Part shown: positions 46,331 to 55,127 of the stretch, in pieces | Layout: each line of letters opens with the position of its first letter | Position numbering within the stretch: the first letter of the stretch is position 1 | Assembly (NCBI GenBank): GCA_007375725.1 | Contig: VMEV01000006.1 | Location: 6,929 to 70,928, forward strand | Direction of reading: 5' to 3' | Origin: Parcubacteria group bacterium Greene0416_36 | Lineage (GTDB): Bacteria; Patescibacteriota; Patescibacteriia; VMEV01 | DNA length: 64,000 bases | Program-made: the position numbers and the translations under genes | Notes under the pieces: generated by a model | What the model was told of the DNA's origin: nothing | Database searches by the model: none | What the model saw: only the letters and a program-made list of their open reading frames with translations

Positions 46331-48086
46331 ACTCAAAAAAAAGTATCTCGATTTTTTCAAATCGAAAGAACACGCGATTGTGCCGTCAGCGTCTCTCATT
46401 CCCGACAATGATCCTACTGCTCTATTCATCAATTCCGGTATGCATCCGCTGGTTCCCTATCTCTTGGGCCAGCCTCATCCGGCAGGGAAGCGGTTGGCGG
46501 ACGTGCAGAAATGCATCCGGACCGGCGATATTGAAGATGTGGGGGACAATACCCATCTAACTTTCTTCGAAATGCTCGGCAACTGGTCGCTGGGGGACTA
46601 TTTCAAAAAAGAAGCCATTGAGTGGAGTTTTGAATTTTTGACCGGCAAAGAATGGCTCAATATTCCGATTTCGAAATTGGCAGTGACCGTATTTGAAGGC
46701 GAAGAAGGAATTCCTCGGGATGAATTTTCGGCCGGAGTGTGGGAAAAGCTGGGTATGCCCAAGGACAGTATTTTTTTCATGCCTCGCGAAGACAACTGGT
46801 GGGGACCTGCCGGACAAACCGGACCCTGCGGACCGGATTCGGAGATGTTTTTCGTATTCGACAAGCCGGACTGCTCGCCCAAATGCCGCCCGGGCTGTAA
46901 ATGCGGCAAATACGTGGAGATCTGGAATGACGTATTCATGGAATTCAACAAGAACGCGGAAGGGAAGTATGTGCCCTTGGTTCAGCAGAATATCGATACG
47001 GGAATGGGTGTCGAGCGCACGGTCGTGGTCTTATCCGGAAAAAACAATGTTTATGAAATTGACGAATTCCAGGCGATTTTCAGAAAAATCGAAGAGATTT
47101 CCGGCAAGAAATACGTGGACTTCCAGAAATCCTTCCGCATCATCGGTGATCATATCCGCAGTTCGACCTTTATTTTGGGCGATCAAAAAGGTATTAGTCC
47201 CTCCAACGTCGATCAGGGCTATATTCTCCGCCGTCTCATTCGCCGCGCTTCCCGCCACGGCAAACTTTTGGGCATTACCGAACCTTTCTTGGGCCGACTC
47301 GCGGTCATCGTGATTGATCTCTATAGCAATGATTACGCGGAATTAAAACAGAATAAGGACCGAGTGATTTTAGAATTAGAAAAAGAAGAACAGAAATTTT
47401 TGGAAACCCTTGAAAAAGGACTCAAAGAATTTGAAAAACTGCTCAAAACCGGACCAGAACATACTATTGACGGCAAAACCGCCTTTGATCTTTTTGGCAC
47501 TTACGGCTTTCCTCTAGAAATGACGCGCGAGCTCGCCATGGAAAAAGGCATGAATGTGGATGAAACCGCTTTTTGGGAAGCGTATAAAGCCCACCAAGAG
47601 CTCTCCCGCGCCGGAGCCGAGCAGAAATTTAAAGGGGGACTCGCCGATCATTCGGAAATTTCAACCAAGTATCACACTGCCACTCATCTTCTCCACAAAG
47701 CTCTGCGAATGACTCTCGGCAATCATGTGGAACAGCGGGGAAGCAATATCACCCAGGAACGCATGCGCTTTGATTTTTCGCATCCGACCAAAATGACTCC
47801 GGACGAGATCAAGAAAGTCGAAGACATCGTAAACGAGGCCATCAAACGCGATATGCCCGTTTCCTGGAAAGAAATGACCGTCCCCGAAGCCAAAGCCGAA
47901 GGAGCCATCGGCCTCTTTGAAGAGAAATACGGCAATCAGGTCAAAGTCTACACCATGGGCGACTTCTCCAAAGAAATCTGCGGCGGACCTCATGTGGAAC
48001 ACACGGGAACACTCGGAACCTTCAAGATCGCGAAGGAAGAGGCCTGTTCGGCGGGGGTGAGGAGAATAAAGGCTGTATTGACATAA
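46317..48086 (+). CDS. alaS: Alanyl-tRNA synthetase, short form (catalytic + editing domains, no C-Ala domain)
   Basis: FINSGMHPLVPYLLG and GNWSLGDYFK class II motifs. Editing-site HTATHLLHKAL and CGGPHVEHTG. 589 aa. Confidence 0.85.
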   Translation: MTLSELKKKYLDFFKSKEHAIVPSASLIPDNDPTALFINSGMHPLVPYLLGQPHPAGKRLADVQKCIRTGDIEDVGDNTHLTFFEMLGNWSLGDYFKKEAIEWSFEFLTGKEWLNIPISKLAVTVFEGEEGIPRDEFSAGVWEKLGMPKDSIFFMPREDNWWGPAGQTGPCGPDSEMFFVFDKPDCSPKCRPGCKCGKYVEIWNDVFMEFNKNAEGKYVPLVQQNIDTGMGVERTVVVLSGKNNVYEIDEFQAIFRKIEEISGKKYVDFQKSFRIIGDHIRSSTFILGDQKGISPSNVDQGYILRRLIRRASRHGKLLGITEPFLGRLAVIVIDLYSNDYAELKQNKDRVILELEKEEQKFLETLEKGLKEFEKLLKTGPEHTIDGKTAFDLFGTYGFPLEMTRELAMEKGMNVDETAFWEAYKAHQELSRAGAEQKFKGGLADHSEISTKYHTATHLLHKALRMTLGNHVEQRGSNITQERMRFDFSHPTKMTPDEIKKVEDIVNEAIKRDMPVSWKEMTVPEAKAEGAIGLFEEKYGNQVKVYTMGDFSKEICGGPHVEHTGTLGTFKIAKEEACSAGVRRIKAVLT

Positions 48087-48161
48087 ATATATTTTTGTGA
48101 TAAAAAGAACCCGCGTAAAAATGGGTTCTTTTTATTTTTTTACAAAAAAAGGATATAAATA

Positions 48162-48614
48162 ATGACAGAAAATGATTTCATAAAGAAATTAGAAAGTCTA
48201 ATTTCAATATGTCCCCCGCTCTCTGAAGATTTAATGGATCAAATTATTCAGATGGTTGATTCATATAGGTGGGAATGGATTAAAACTCACAATGAATCGC
48301 ATATAAACACCTTGGATTATATACAGGCTTTGGGGCTGTTATATAAAAATTATTCTTCTGTGGTTGGTAATAAACTTAGTTCCTTTGTGGAGGAGCTAAT
48401 AAAATCATGGTTACTTACTGCGTCTGATGTGTCAGTACTGTGTCTTATAAGAAACTACTGGTTTCCAGATAACCAAGGGTTAATCTACTGGATTTTGATG
48501 ACCCCTAGATTGAAAGGGCAAGAATTATTGTCGAAAATCAGATATCTAATTCTAGAAAAAGTAGGATTAATTAGTGGGGGAATGCTTCAATTATTTGATG
48601 CTAGAGTGAATTAA
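48162..48614 (+). CDS. Hypothetical protein (150 aa), low-GC
   Basis: No recognisable domain. AT-rich flanks. Confidence 0.35.
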   Translation: MTENDFIKKLESLISICPPLSEDLMDQIIQMVDSYRWEWIKTHNESHINTLDYIQALGLLYKNYSSVVGNKLSSFVEELIKSWLLTASDVSVLCLIRNYWFPDNQGLIYWILMTPRLKGQELLSKIRYLILEKVGLISGGMLQLFDARVN

Positions 48615-48851
48615 ACAAAAATATACCCATATTCAGGAGAATATCATGTTTATTGACGAAAAGATCCTAATCGGATTTTTGATCGTAATTATCTCGATTG
48701 TTGTTTTCCTAGCTGGGCGCGGTGGTTCAGACGGTGATGACAAATACGATTATCCTAATAATAGATAAAATCATTGCCAAATTCAATATCTTGTGATAAG
48801 AAGAGCCTGGTACAAAATCAGGTTCTTTTACTTTTTCATTTAGAAAAAAGG

Positions 48852-49388
48852 ATGAAAAAAATGAAATTTTTGATCATAAATGCCTCGCCGAACAAAAGGG
48901 GAATGACCTCCAAATTCTGCAGAACCTTCGCGAAGGCAGCTAAAAAAGTCGGAGAAGTGAAGCAGTTTGACCTGCACGATGCTCCGCCGTCGTTTTGCAA
49001 AGGCAGTAAACCCAGACCGAAGAAGCTCAGCCTCTATCAAAAAGAAACATTAGACTGTGACGCTTTATTTATCGGCACCCCTCCTTATTGGTTCTCGGCG
49101 CCGTCAATACTCAAGGCTTATATAGAAGATCTCGATCCAATCGAAAACGATTTGTGGAAAAGGCCAAGACCATTAGGAATGTGCATTTACGCACCAGAAG
49201 GTGGAGAATTAGGTGTTGCGGGGCCAATCGCTCTTGCCTTCAATCATTTGAAATTCTCGCTTGTTGAATGGGGATATATCTTCAATCGAGGAATCAAAAA
49301 AGACGATTCTTGGTCTTGGGATGATATCAAGGGCATGCCCAAGCGTATGGAAAGGATCAGCCGCGCCTATAAGATGTACCCTGATTGA
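48852..49388 (+). CDS. Flavodoxin-like fold NAD(P)H-dependent FMN reductase family protein
   Basis: MKFLIINASPNKRGMTSKF..VKQFDLHD...C.G. matches the NADPH-dependent FMN reductase / iron-sulfur flavoprotein family. ORF opens at 48774. Confidence 0.5.
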   Translation: MKKMKFLIINASPNKRGMTSKFCRTFAKAAKKVGEVKQFDLHDAPPSFCKGSKPRPKKLSLYQKETLDCDALFIGTPPYWFSAPSILKAYIEDLDPIENDLWKRPRPLGMCIYAPEGGELGVAGPIALAFNHLKFSLVEWGYIFNRGIKKDDSWSWDDIKGMPKRMERISRAYKMYPD

Positions 49389-49459
49389 AATTGCAAAACC
49401 TAACAACACAAAAATCAAAGTTTCCTTCTATGCAAGGAAACTTTAATTTTTCTAAAATA

Positions 49460-51541
49460 TTACAAATCCCAAAACTCAAACACCCACACCTTCCCGCCGT
49501 CGATTGGATAAACACTATCCGCGACGGCTTTTGTATTTTGGAGGATACTCTCGAAGTGGGTCCAGTAGGGATGGAGGACGAAATAGGCTTGGTGGACGCC
49601 AGCGATGGCAGCAGCCTGTTTCATAGTCTCGCGCGAGGGCTGCTCGTAAACCATGTCGAGATATTTCTGGTAAAGAGGGGCGCCAGTGGGAATGGAGTAG
49701 AAGAAATTATCACCATAATATTTGCGGAAACCAAATTCACGGAGCGCGGCCGCGCCGAGATTTTGATTGCCGAGGACGATGTATTCTTGGCCATCACTAG
49801 ATGTAGGGGCACAGCGCGCTGTGCCCCTACATCGCGACAATTCTTCAATCTTATGAACCGCCTTGATATCCGACAGAGACACGCTGTACCCGCGTCCGGT
49901 TTCGAAAATATGATGGCGGGGGTAGGAGAAATAGAAAGAGTTAGCGAGGAGAAATACGAGAAAAAGACTTAAAAATAAATGAAACACCCGATTTTTGAGG
50001 CTTTTCTGATAAATGAAATAAAGTCCCGCTAAGAAGAAGGGGAACAGGAAATAGAAGCTCAATTGAATAAGGCGATTGGCATAATCAAGCCGCTCGTATT
50101 CGATGAGATTGCTAAAATTAATGAAGGAGGCGAGAAGGAAGGCGTTGGAGAGGAGGATGAGGAAGGAGGTGAGGAAGAGCGAACGGACCTTTTCAAGTAA
50201 GGGCGTATTGCAATACGCCCTTACGGATAGAGCTACCCCCAATACAACAACGGCCCCATAAATCCAATACACCCCCACCTTCCAAAAATACGCCAAGTCA
50301 TAAAACAGACTGAAATTTTGATTCCATGCCGACCAGTTGAGAAAAGAAAATAGGCTGGAAATAGGGGTAAATCCCTGCCAAGAAAAATTCTCAAAAGGCG
50401 CGCCGGAGAGAATGCCTTGTAGTAAAAATACTGCGGGAACAGCAAAGCAAAGCAGAATTATGGCTGATATTTGAATGAATCGAGGAAAATACTGCTTGAG
50501 TAAAATAAGTATCGGCAAAATAAGCGCGGGAATGCCGACCAGAGGGTGGATGGCGAGAGTGGCGAGGGCGAAAATCCACAGAAGTAAGGGCGTATGGCCA
50601 TACGCCCTTACGAGTAAAGCAGGCTCTATCTTCTGCAAATAAATCCATGCCTCGCACAAAACAAACACCAAAAAGACAGTCGCCAAATTATAAGGCGTGG
50701 GCATGATCCAGTAGGAGAAGGGGAGGATGAGGAGGGTGAAAGGTAATAACAACCATGTCGTGCCTTGTAGGGGCACAGCGCGCTGTGCCCCTAGACCTAG
50801 GGGCGTCGATACAAGCGCCCTCCACACAAAATACGGCACTGCAAAAATACACATCGCCAAGAGTATCTTTTCGATCCAAAAAGGAGATATCGACAAAATT
50901 TTTGCAAAAAACACGACCAAACTATACTGACCGATATAATAAAAAGGTTTGGGCGTAATCGTCCCATGATCCAGAATATATTGCTCGGTCGCTTGGTGAA
51001 TAAACGGATCAAAACCAAATCCGACCGGATAAATAATGAGAGCCGCGGAAACGGAAAAAAGAAAATGGCACGCAATCGCGAAGAGAGCCAAACGCGCCTG
51101 TACACCTTTCTTGATCAAGAGCATCAAAATCCCCGTACAGGCGAAATAGAGGGCGAAGAATTCGGAGCCGACTTGCTCCCAGGGAGAACGGATACTATCC
51201 CAGGTTCGGTGGAGATAGAGATAGTAGGTGAGACAGGCGAGGAGGGTGGCTACCCAAAACCAAGAGCATCCCCGAGGTAAGGGCGTATTGCAATACGCCC
51301 TTACCGACATGGGTAGGGCTGGTGGAAGTAAGGGTACAGCCGCGGCTTGGTGGAGCGACAGGCTCAGGATGACAAGGGTGTGGGATATTAAGGACAATAT
51401 AACAACAATAGCGAGCATCGGCGTGCTCAAATCAACAATATAAAACAGCGCCGTGCCCCAAATAGCGACTAGGGCGAAAAAAAGCATGAGGCTTCTCATC
51501 AGGCCAAATTTGCTGTATGTTTTTAATAAAGTTTTAATCAT
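49460..51541 (-). CDS. Large polytopic membrane protein (putative GT-C-type glycosyltransferase/polymerase-like) carrying five in-frame palindromic insertions
   Basis: At least 12 predicted TM helices. C-terminal soluble domain. ATG at 51541 (the ORF track starts at TTG 51547). Contains P1 copies at 49802-49831 and 50766-50794, and P2 copies at 50197-50224, 50584-50611 and 51277-51304. Confidence 0.6.
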   Translation of the reverse strand: MIKTLLKTYSKFGLMRSLMLFFALVAIWGTALFYIVDLSTPMLAIVVILSLISHTLVILSLSLHQAAAVPLLPPALPMSVRAYCNTPLPRGCSWFWVATLLACLTYYLYLHRTWDSIRSPWEQVGSEFFALYFACTGILMLLIKKGVQARLALFAIACHFLFSVSAALIIYPVGFGFDPFIHQATEQYILDHGTITPKPFYYIGQYSLVVFFAKILSISPFWIEKILLAMCIFAVPYFVWRALVSTPLGLGAQRAVPLQGTTWLLLPFTLLILPFSYWIMPTPYNLATVFLVFVLCEAWIYLQKIEPALLVRAYGHTPLLLWIFALATLAIHPLVGIPALILPILILLKQYFPRFIQISAIILLCFAVPAVFLLQGILSGAPFENFSWQGFTPISSLFSFLNWSAWNQNFSLFYDLAYFWKVGVYWIYGAVVVLGVALSVRAYCNTPLLEKVRSLFLTSFLILLSNAFLLASFINFSNLIEYERLDYANRLIQLSFYFLFPFFLAGLYFIYQKSLKNRVFHLFLSLFLVFLLANSFYFSYPRHHIFETGRGYSVSLSDIKAVHKIEELSRCRGTARCAPTSSDGQEYIVLGNQNLGAAALREFGFRKYYGDNFFYSIPTGAPLYQKYLDMVYEQPSRETMKQAAAIAGVHQAYFVLHPYWTHFESILQNTKAVADSVYPIDGGKVWVFEFWDL
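49802..49831. repeat. GC-rich palindrome family P1, copy in membrane-protein gene (read CRGTARCAPT)
   Basis: tgtaggggcacagcgcgctgtgcccctaca. Perfect 30-bp palindrome, about 70% GC. Confidence 0.85.
50197..50224. repeat. Palindrome family P2 (GTAAGGGCGTATTGCAATACGCCCTTAC), copy 1 (read VRAYCNTPL)
   Basis: Perfect 28-bp palindrome inside the CDS. Confidence 0.85.
50584..50611. repeat. Palindrome family P2, copy 2 (GTAAGGGCGTATGGCCATACGCCCTTAC; read VRAYGHTPL)
   Basis: Perfect palindrome with a centre variant. Confidence 0.85.
50766..50794. repeat. GC-rich palindrome family P1, second copy in membrane-protein gene (read GAQRAVPLQ)
   Basis: tgtaggggcacagcgcgctgtgcccctag. Confidence 0.85.
51277..51304. 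repeat. Palindrome family P2, copy 3 (read VRAYCNTPL)
   Basis: gtaagggcgtattgcaatacgcccttac. Confidence 0.85.
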
Positions 51542-53269
51542 ATGCAAGAGTCAATGCAAGCATTTATAGCTAAATTTCGTAATTTTTTAAATAGGCCGAA
51601 GGTACGAGAATACGCTCCTTTCTTTATTTTAGCGTGTTTTCTGTTTCCGCTATACTCTTACCTCTATTGGACCACGGGTAATCTATTCAATTCTCCGGAT
51701 GAGACGGCCGCTTCTTTCTTTTCACGACTTTATATTGAAACCGGGACTTTTTCATACACCGAACCTTTTAATTCACTGCTTCCCGGGTGGATCCACCCAC
51801 GAAGCATGGTGATTGAAAATGGAACCGTTCTGCCTATCTCTTTTCTGGGGATTTTATTGTTTTTAGGAACTCTTGGCGGAATAGTAGGACCGTGGAGCAT
51901 TCCCTATATCATCCCGCTCCTGTCGGCGATTATTCCTCTATTTTTCTACGGATTTGCCAAACATATTTTCTCATCAAAAACTGCTTTTTGGAGTGCGATT
52001 TTATTGGCCATACATCCGGCTATTATCTACTATAACGAAAGGAATTTTCTGCCAAATGCCTTATTTCTCGATATTTTCATTTTATTCCTCTTCTTTTTTT
52101 TCGCCTGGATATCATGGAAACAGAAGCAAAAATGGATTTTCGCGGTATCGAGTTCGTCTCTCTTGGCACTGCTTATTTCTATTCGACTCTTTGAGGCCAT
52201 ATGGCTGGGGCCGCTGGTACTGATCTTATGCATTCTGTTTTGGAAGAAGAATTCGATGAAAGAATGGCTGATGTGGGGAATATTATGCTCGCTCTTCATG
52301 ACACCTCTCTTGGCGGGTCAATGGATCACATACGGATCTCCCTTTAAAACAGGATATGGCATCACTGGGGATATTATTCCGCCGCCGGAACCATCCGAGG
52401 TAATTGGAGAGCCTGCGATACCCCCCGAACCACCGATTCCAGAACCCCCCGCATGCAAAAGCGTCGAGTGCCTGCCCGGATTCAACAAGGTCTTTCCTTT
52501 TGGCCTAGACCGATATAATATCACTCATAATTTCCAGGCTATTGGCGTGAACCTCTTGGGCATAATTTTCCTGCCTTGTCTTGTTGGGCTTCTTTTATTT
52601 TTCTGGAAAGAAAAGGCCTTTCCTCAAAGAGTTTACAGTGTTTTGGCGCTAGGCATTGCTTTGTATCTCATTGCGGTTTATGGAAGCTGGGGAGTCCGGG
52701 ATAATATCAATCCAAATATTACGACTATTGGACTATCCCATGTGCGCTATTGGCTGCCGATCTGGGCTTTCTTCCTGCCTTTTAGCGCGTACCTTTATCT
52801 CAAAATTACCCGGGGAAACAAAATAGCCATGAGCATAATTATTCTAGGACTATCCATTTACTCAGGAAAAGTCGTCTTGGGATCTTCTGAAGACAGCATT
52901 CATCATGTGTTAGCCAGCATCCGCCACTATCAGCAAGTCCAGAATGATTTTTCCGCTTTGGCTCCCGAGGACTCCATCATCATTTCCGAACGCAGCGACA
53001 AAATTTTCTTTCCCAAGTATCGCGTGATTTCAGTTCCCGATAAGAATTACGTGCATGTGTTTTCTCATATCCAAAAACTTTTAGAACAAGCTCCGATTTA
53101 TTTTTATACCCAAATGCCCGATTCCGATATCCAATACCTCCAGTCCCGGCATTTAGAATTTCAGGGGCTTTATTTTAAAGAAGTAAAGAAGTGGGAGGAT
53201 GGGTTTAGGATGCACGTCATCCGCGATCAACAAATCCCCCTTAATCCCCCTTTGACAAGGGGGACATAG
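51542..53269 (+). CDS. GT-C fold glycosyltransferase (ArnT/PMT-like, family 39/83)
   Basis: Polytopic membrane protein. First extracytoplasmic loop has NSPDETAASFF (DE motif). 575 aa. 3' end runs into an R1 element (..PLNPPLTRGT). Confidence 0.6.
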   Translation: MQESMQAFIAKFRNFLNRPKVREYAPFFILACFLFPLYSYLYWTTGNLFNSPDETAASFFSRLYIETGTFSYTEPFNSLLPGWIHPRSMVIENGTVLPISFLGILLFLGTLGGIVGPWSIPYIIPLLSAIIPLFFYGFAKHIFSSKTAFWSAILLAIHPAIIYYNERNFLPNALFLDIFILFLFFFFAWISWKQKQKWIFAVSSSSLLALLISIRLFEAIWLGPLVLILCILFWKKNSMKEWLMWGILCSLFMTPLLAGQWITYGSPFKTGYGITGDIIPPPEPSEVIGEPAIPPEPPIPEPPACKSVECLPGFNKVFPFGLDRYNITHNFQAIGVNLLGIIFLPCLVGLLLFFWKEKAFPQRVYSVLALGIALYLIAVYGSWGVRDNINPNITTIGLSHVRYWLPIWAFFLPFSAYLYLKITRGNKIAMSIIILGLSIYSGKVVLGSSEDSIHHVLASIRHYQQVQNDFSALAPEDSIIISERSDKIFFPKYRVISVPDKNYVHVFSHIQKLLEQAPIYFYTQMPDSDIQYLQSRHLEFQGLYFKEVKKWEDGFRMHVIRDQQIPLNPPLTRGT

Positions 53270-53311
53270 CGCCCTCCCTTGTCAAAGGGAGGGTTGGGGA
53301 GGGATTTGTTG
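53229..53311. repeat. REP/MITE-like element family R1, copy 9 (inverted orientation)
   Basis: aaatcccccttaatccccctttgacaagggggacatagcgccctcccttgtcaaagggagggttggggagggatttgttg. Confidence 0.85.
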
Positions 53312-53376
53312 TTTAGGATTCTTTCAAATTCGATATAACAGCCCAAATAGAAATAAACAACAAACAGCAACCTAAT

Positions 53377-54795
53377 ATGCGCCTAGCCTATCTCATTATT
53401 CTAATCATCATCCCTTTAATCGGTCTATATATATTGGCCGACCGTTATTTTATTTGGGAAGGAGAAATCACTTACCAGACAGATTTTCAAGACAAAAAAG
53501 CGGTATTATCTCGATTATTGCCGGAAGGACGAGTCCAGATCCAAGAAAATCGAGTGCGAATTCTGCAAGAACCTGTGTATGTCGATGTACGCATGCGGGA
53601 AAAATTCAAAAACGCGTCAGTGGATATGGCCTTTAGTCCCGAAAATACCCCAAATATCATCAAATTAGGCCCGCAGATAGGACCGGATTTTCAGTATGAT
53701 TTGAAGCCAGTTTACAGCCGAACCCTCGAAGAAACTCTTGTGAATCCAGAATGGGGAAATATACAGGAAGACGGAGAGATATTATTTTTTAGAAAAAAAT
53801 CGGATAACGCGAATATAAATATTACTGATTTTAAGAAAAATCTGCCGGATCAAAATAAACTAGCTGTTTTTAATATAAAATTAGAGAATCCTTTTAAAAT
53901 AGAGGCTTATCGAGCTGAAAAAGATATAAAAAAGACCTCTCTTGAACTACGAGGAAGCCATGAAATCGAGTTTTATGCAAAAAACGAAATGGTTTCAATA
54001 ACTTTCGATTATCAAGATATCAATAGACTGGAAGGGGAGGATCCTGTGAATTTGCTTCTCTTTAAAGGATCCAACCTGCTCTCCAATCAACAATCTGAGG
54101 ATGATGGTATTTCCAGTGTTATTAATAAAGCCAGTCCGATAAAAACCGTCTCACTCGAACGATTTTTCGAGGAGGGGATCTATACGCTCAAAATCAGCAC
54201 AACCGAGGATATTATTATTCGAAATATCAAAACGAATCTGTCTAGGTGGGGGATTAAGAGCCGTATTTACTTAGCCAATAATAGCGAATATAAAAATTTA
54301 TTGCCGGATTTGAATCTCTCCGCCACCCAACTATGGACCAATGGCAAATTTTTTCGAGCCAGAACCACACATGCGTCAGGCATTCAGGAGGTTCAAATAC
54401 ATAATCAAACTTTTCCAATTTCCCAAACCCATCAATTTCTGAGCCATGAGTATTTGGGCAAAGATGATTGGATCCCTATCACTATTCCTAAAAATGATCT
54501 ATATCTTGAAACCAATGGCCTTTATTTTTTTGATCCTCTGGTTGCATTTAATCCTAACCCTCTAGAAATTAATGAATTCGTGGAAACGATTCCTGATTCA
54601 GTGGATTATATCTTGGCAAAATATACCCCGGCCCAGCGGACCAACGAATCCACATGGCATTTGAATGCCGAATTTGCAGTCAAAAACGCTTGGGTTCAAG
54701 ACCAGAAATTACGATTTTTATTCTCTATTCCGCGGATAGAGGAGCAAAAGGCGGCTTTTGGCATATCCAATTTCAAGATTCGATTATCTCAATAA
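53377..54795 (+). CDS. Hypothetical membrane-anchored extracytoplasmic protein (472 aa)
   Basis: N-terminal TM. No recognisable domain. Confidence 0.4.
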   Translation: MRLAYLIILIIIPLIGLYILADRYFIWEGEITYQTDFQDKKAVLSRLLPEGRVQIQENRVRILQEPVYVDVRMREKFKNASVDMAFSPENTPNIIKLGPQIGPDFQYDLKPVYSRTLEETLVNPEWGNIQEDGEILFFRKKSDNANINITDFKKNLPDQNKLAVFNIKLENPFKIEAYRAEKDIKKTSLELRGSHEIEFYAKNEMVSITFDYQDINRLEGEDPVNLLLFKGSNLLSNQQSEDDGISSVINKASPIKTVSLERFFEEGIYTLKISTTEDIIIRNIKTNLSRWGIKSRIYLANNSEYKNLLPDLNLSATQLWTNGKFFRARTTHASGIQEVQIHNQTFPISQTHQFLSHEYLGKDDWIPITIPKNDLYLETNGLYFFDPLVAFNPNPLEINEFVETIPDSVDYILAKYTPAQRTNESTWHLNAEFAVKNAWVQDQKLRFLFSIPRIEEQKAAFGISNFKIRLSQ

Positions 54796-54798
54796 AAT

Positions 54799-54984
54799 AT
54801 GAGGCCTCAATTACAAATATTAGCCAAAGATTGTTTTTATATCGCCTTGGCGACATATATTCTCTATTTCATCGCAGAACTAGTATATCCGGGGATAATT
54901 CTCGATTATTTTGATTTGAATATCTTGTTGGTTGCGGTGGTGATTTTGGGAGCATTATCGATTGTAGAGGCTTATAAATATTAA
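54799..54984 (+). CDS. Small membrane protein (61 aa, 2 TM)
   Basis: Hydrophobic. 4 bp after the preceding gene. Confidence 0.35.
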   Translation: MRPQLQILAKDCFYIALATYILYFIAELVYPGIILDYFDLNILLVAVVILGALSIVEAYKY

Positions 54985-55127
54985 AAAACGCGCACGATTG
55001 ACTTTATTCGTTTTTTATGTTAATATTGCAGTAGTTGTTTAAAAATTATCATTTTTGAGGCATTTCTAAAGAAGAAACCTCACCTAGTTACATATCTAGG
55101 GTCTTTTTATTTAAAAAGGAGAAAAAT

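Noticed and set aside
49385-49972. 195-aa plus-strand ORF that contains the P1 palindrome translation (TRCRGTARCAPTS).
   Set aside because: It lies entirely antisense to the long membrane-protein gene and has no start context. It is a mirror ORF, kept open by the GC-rich palindrome.
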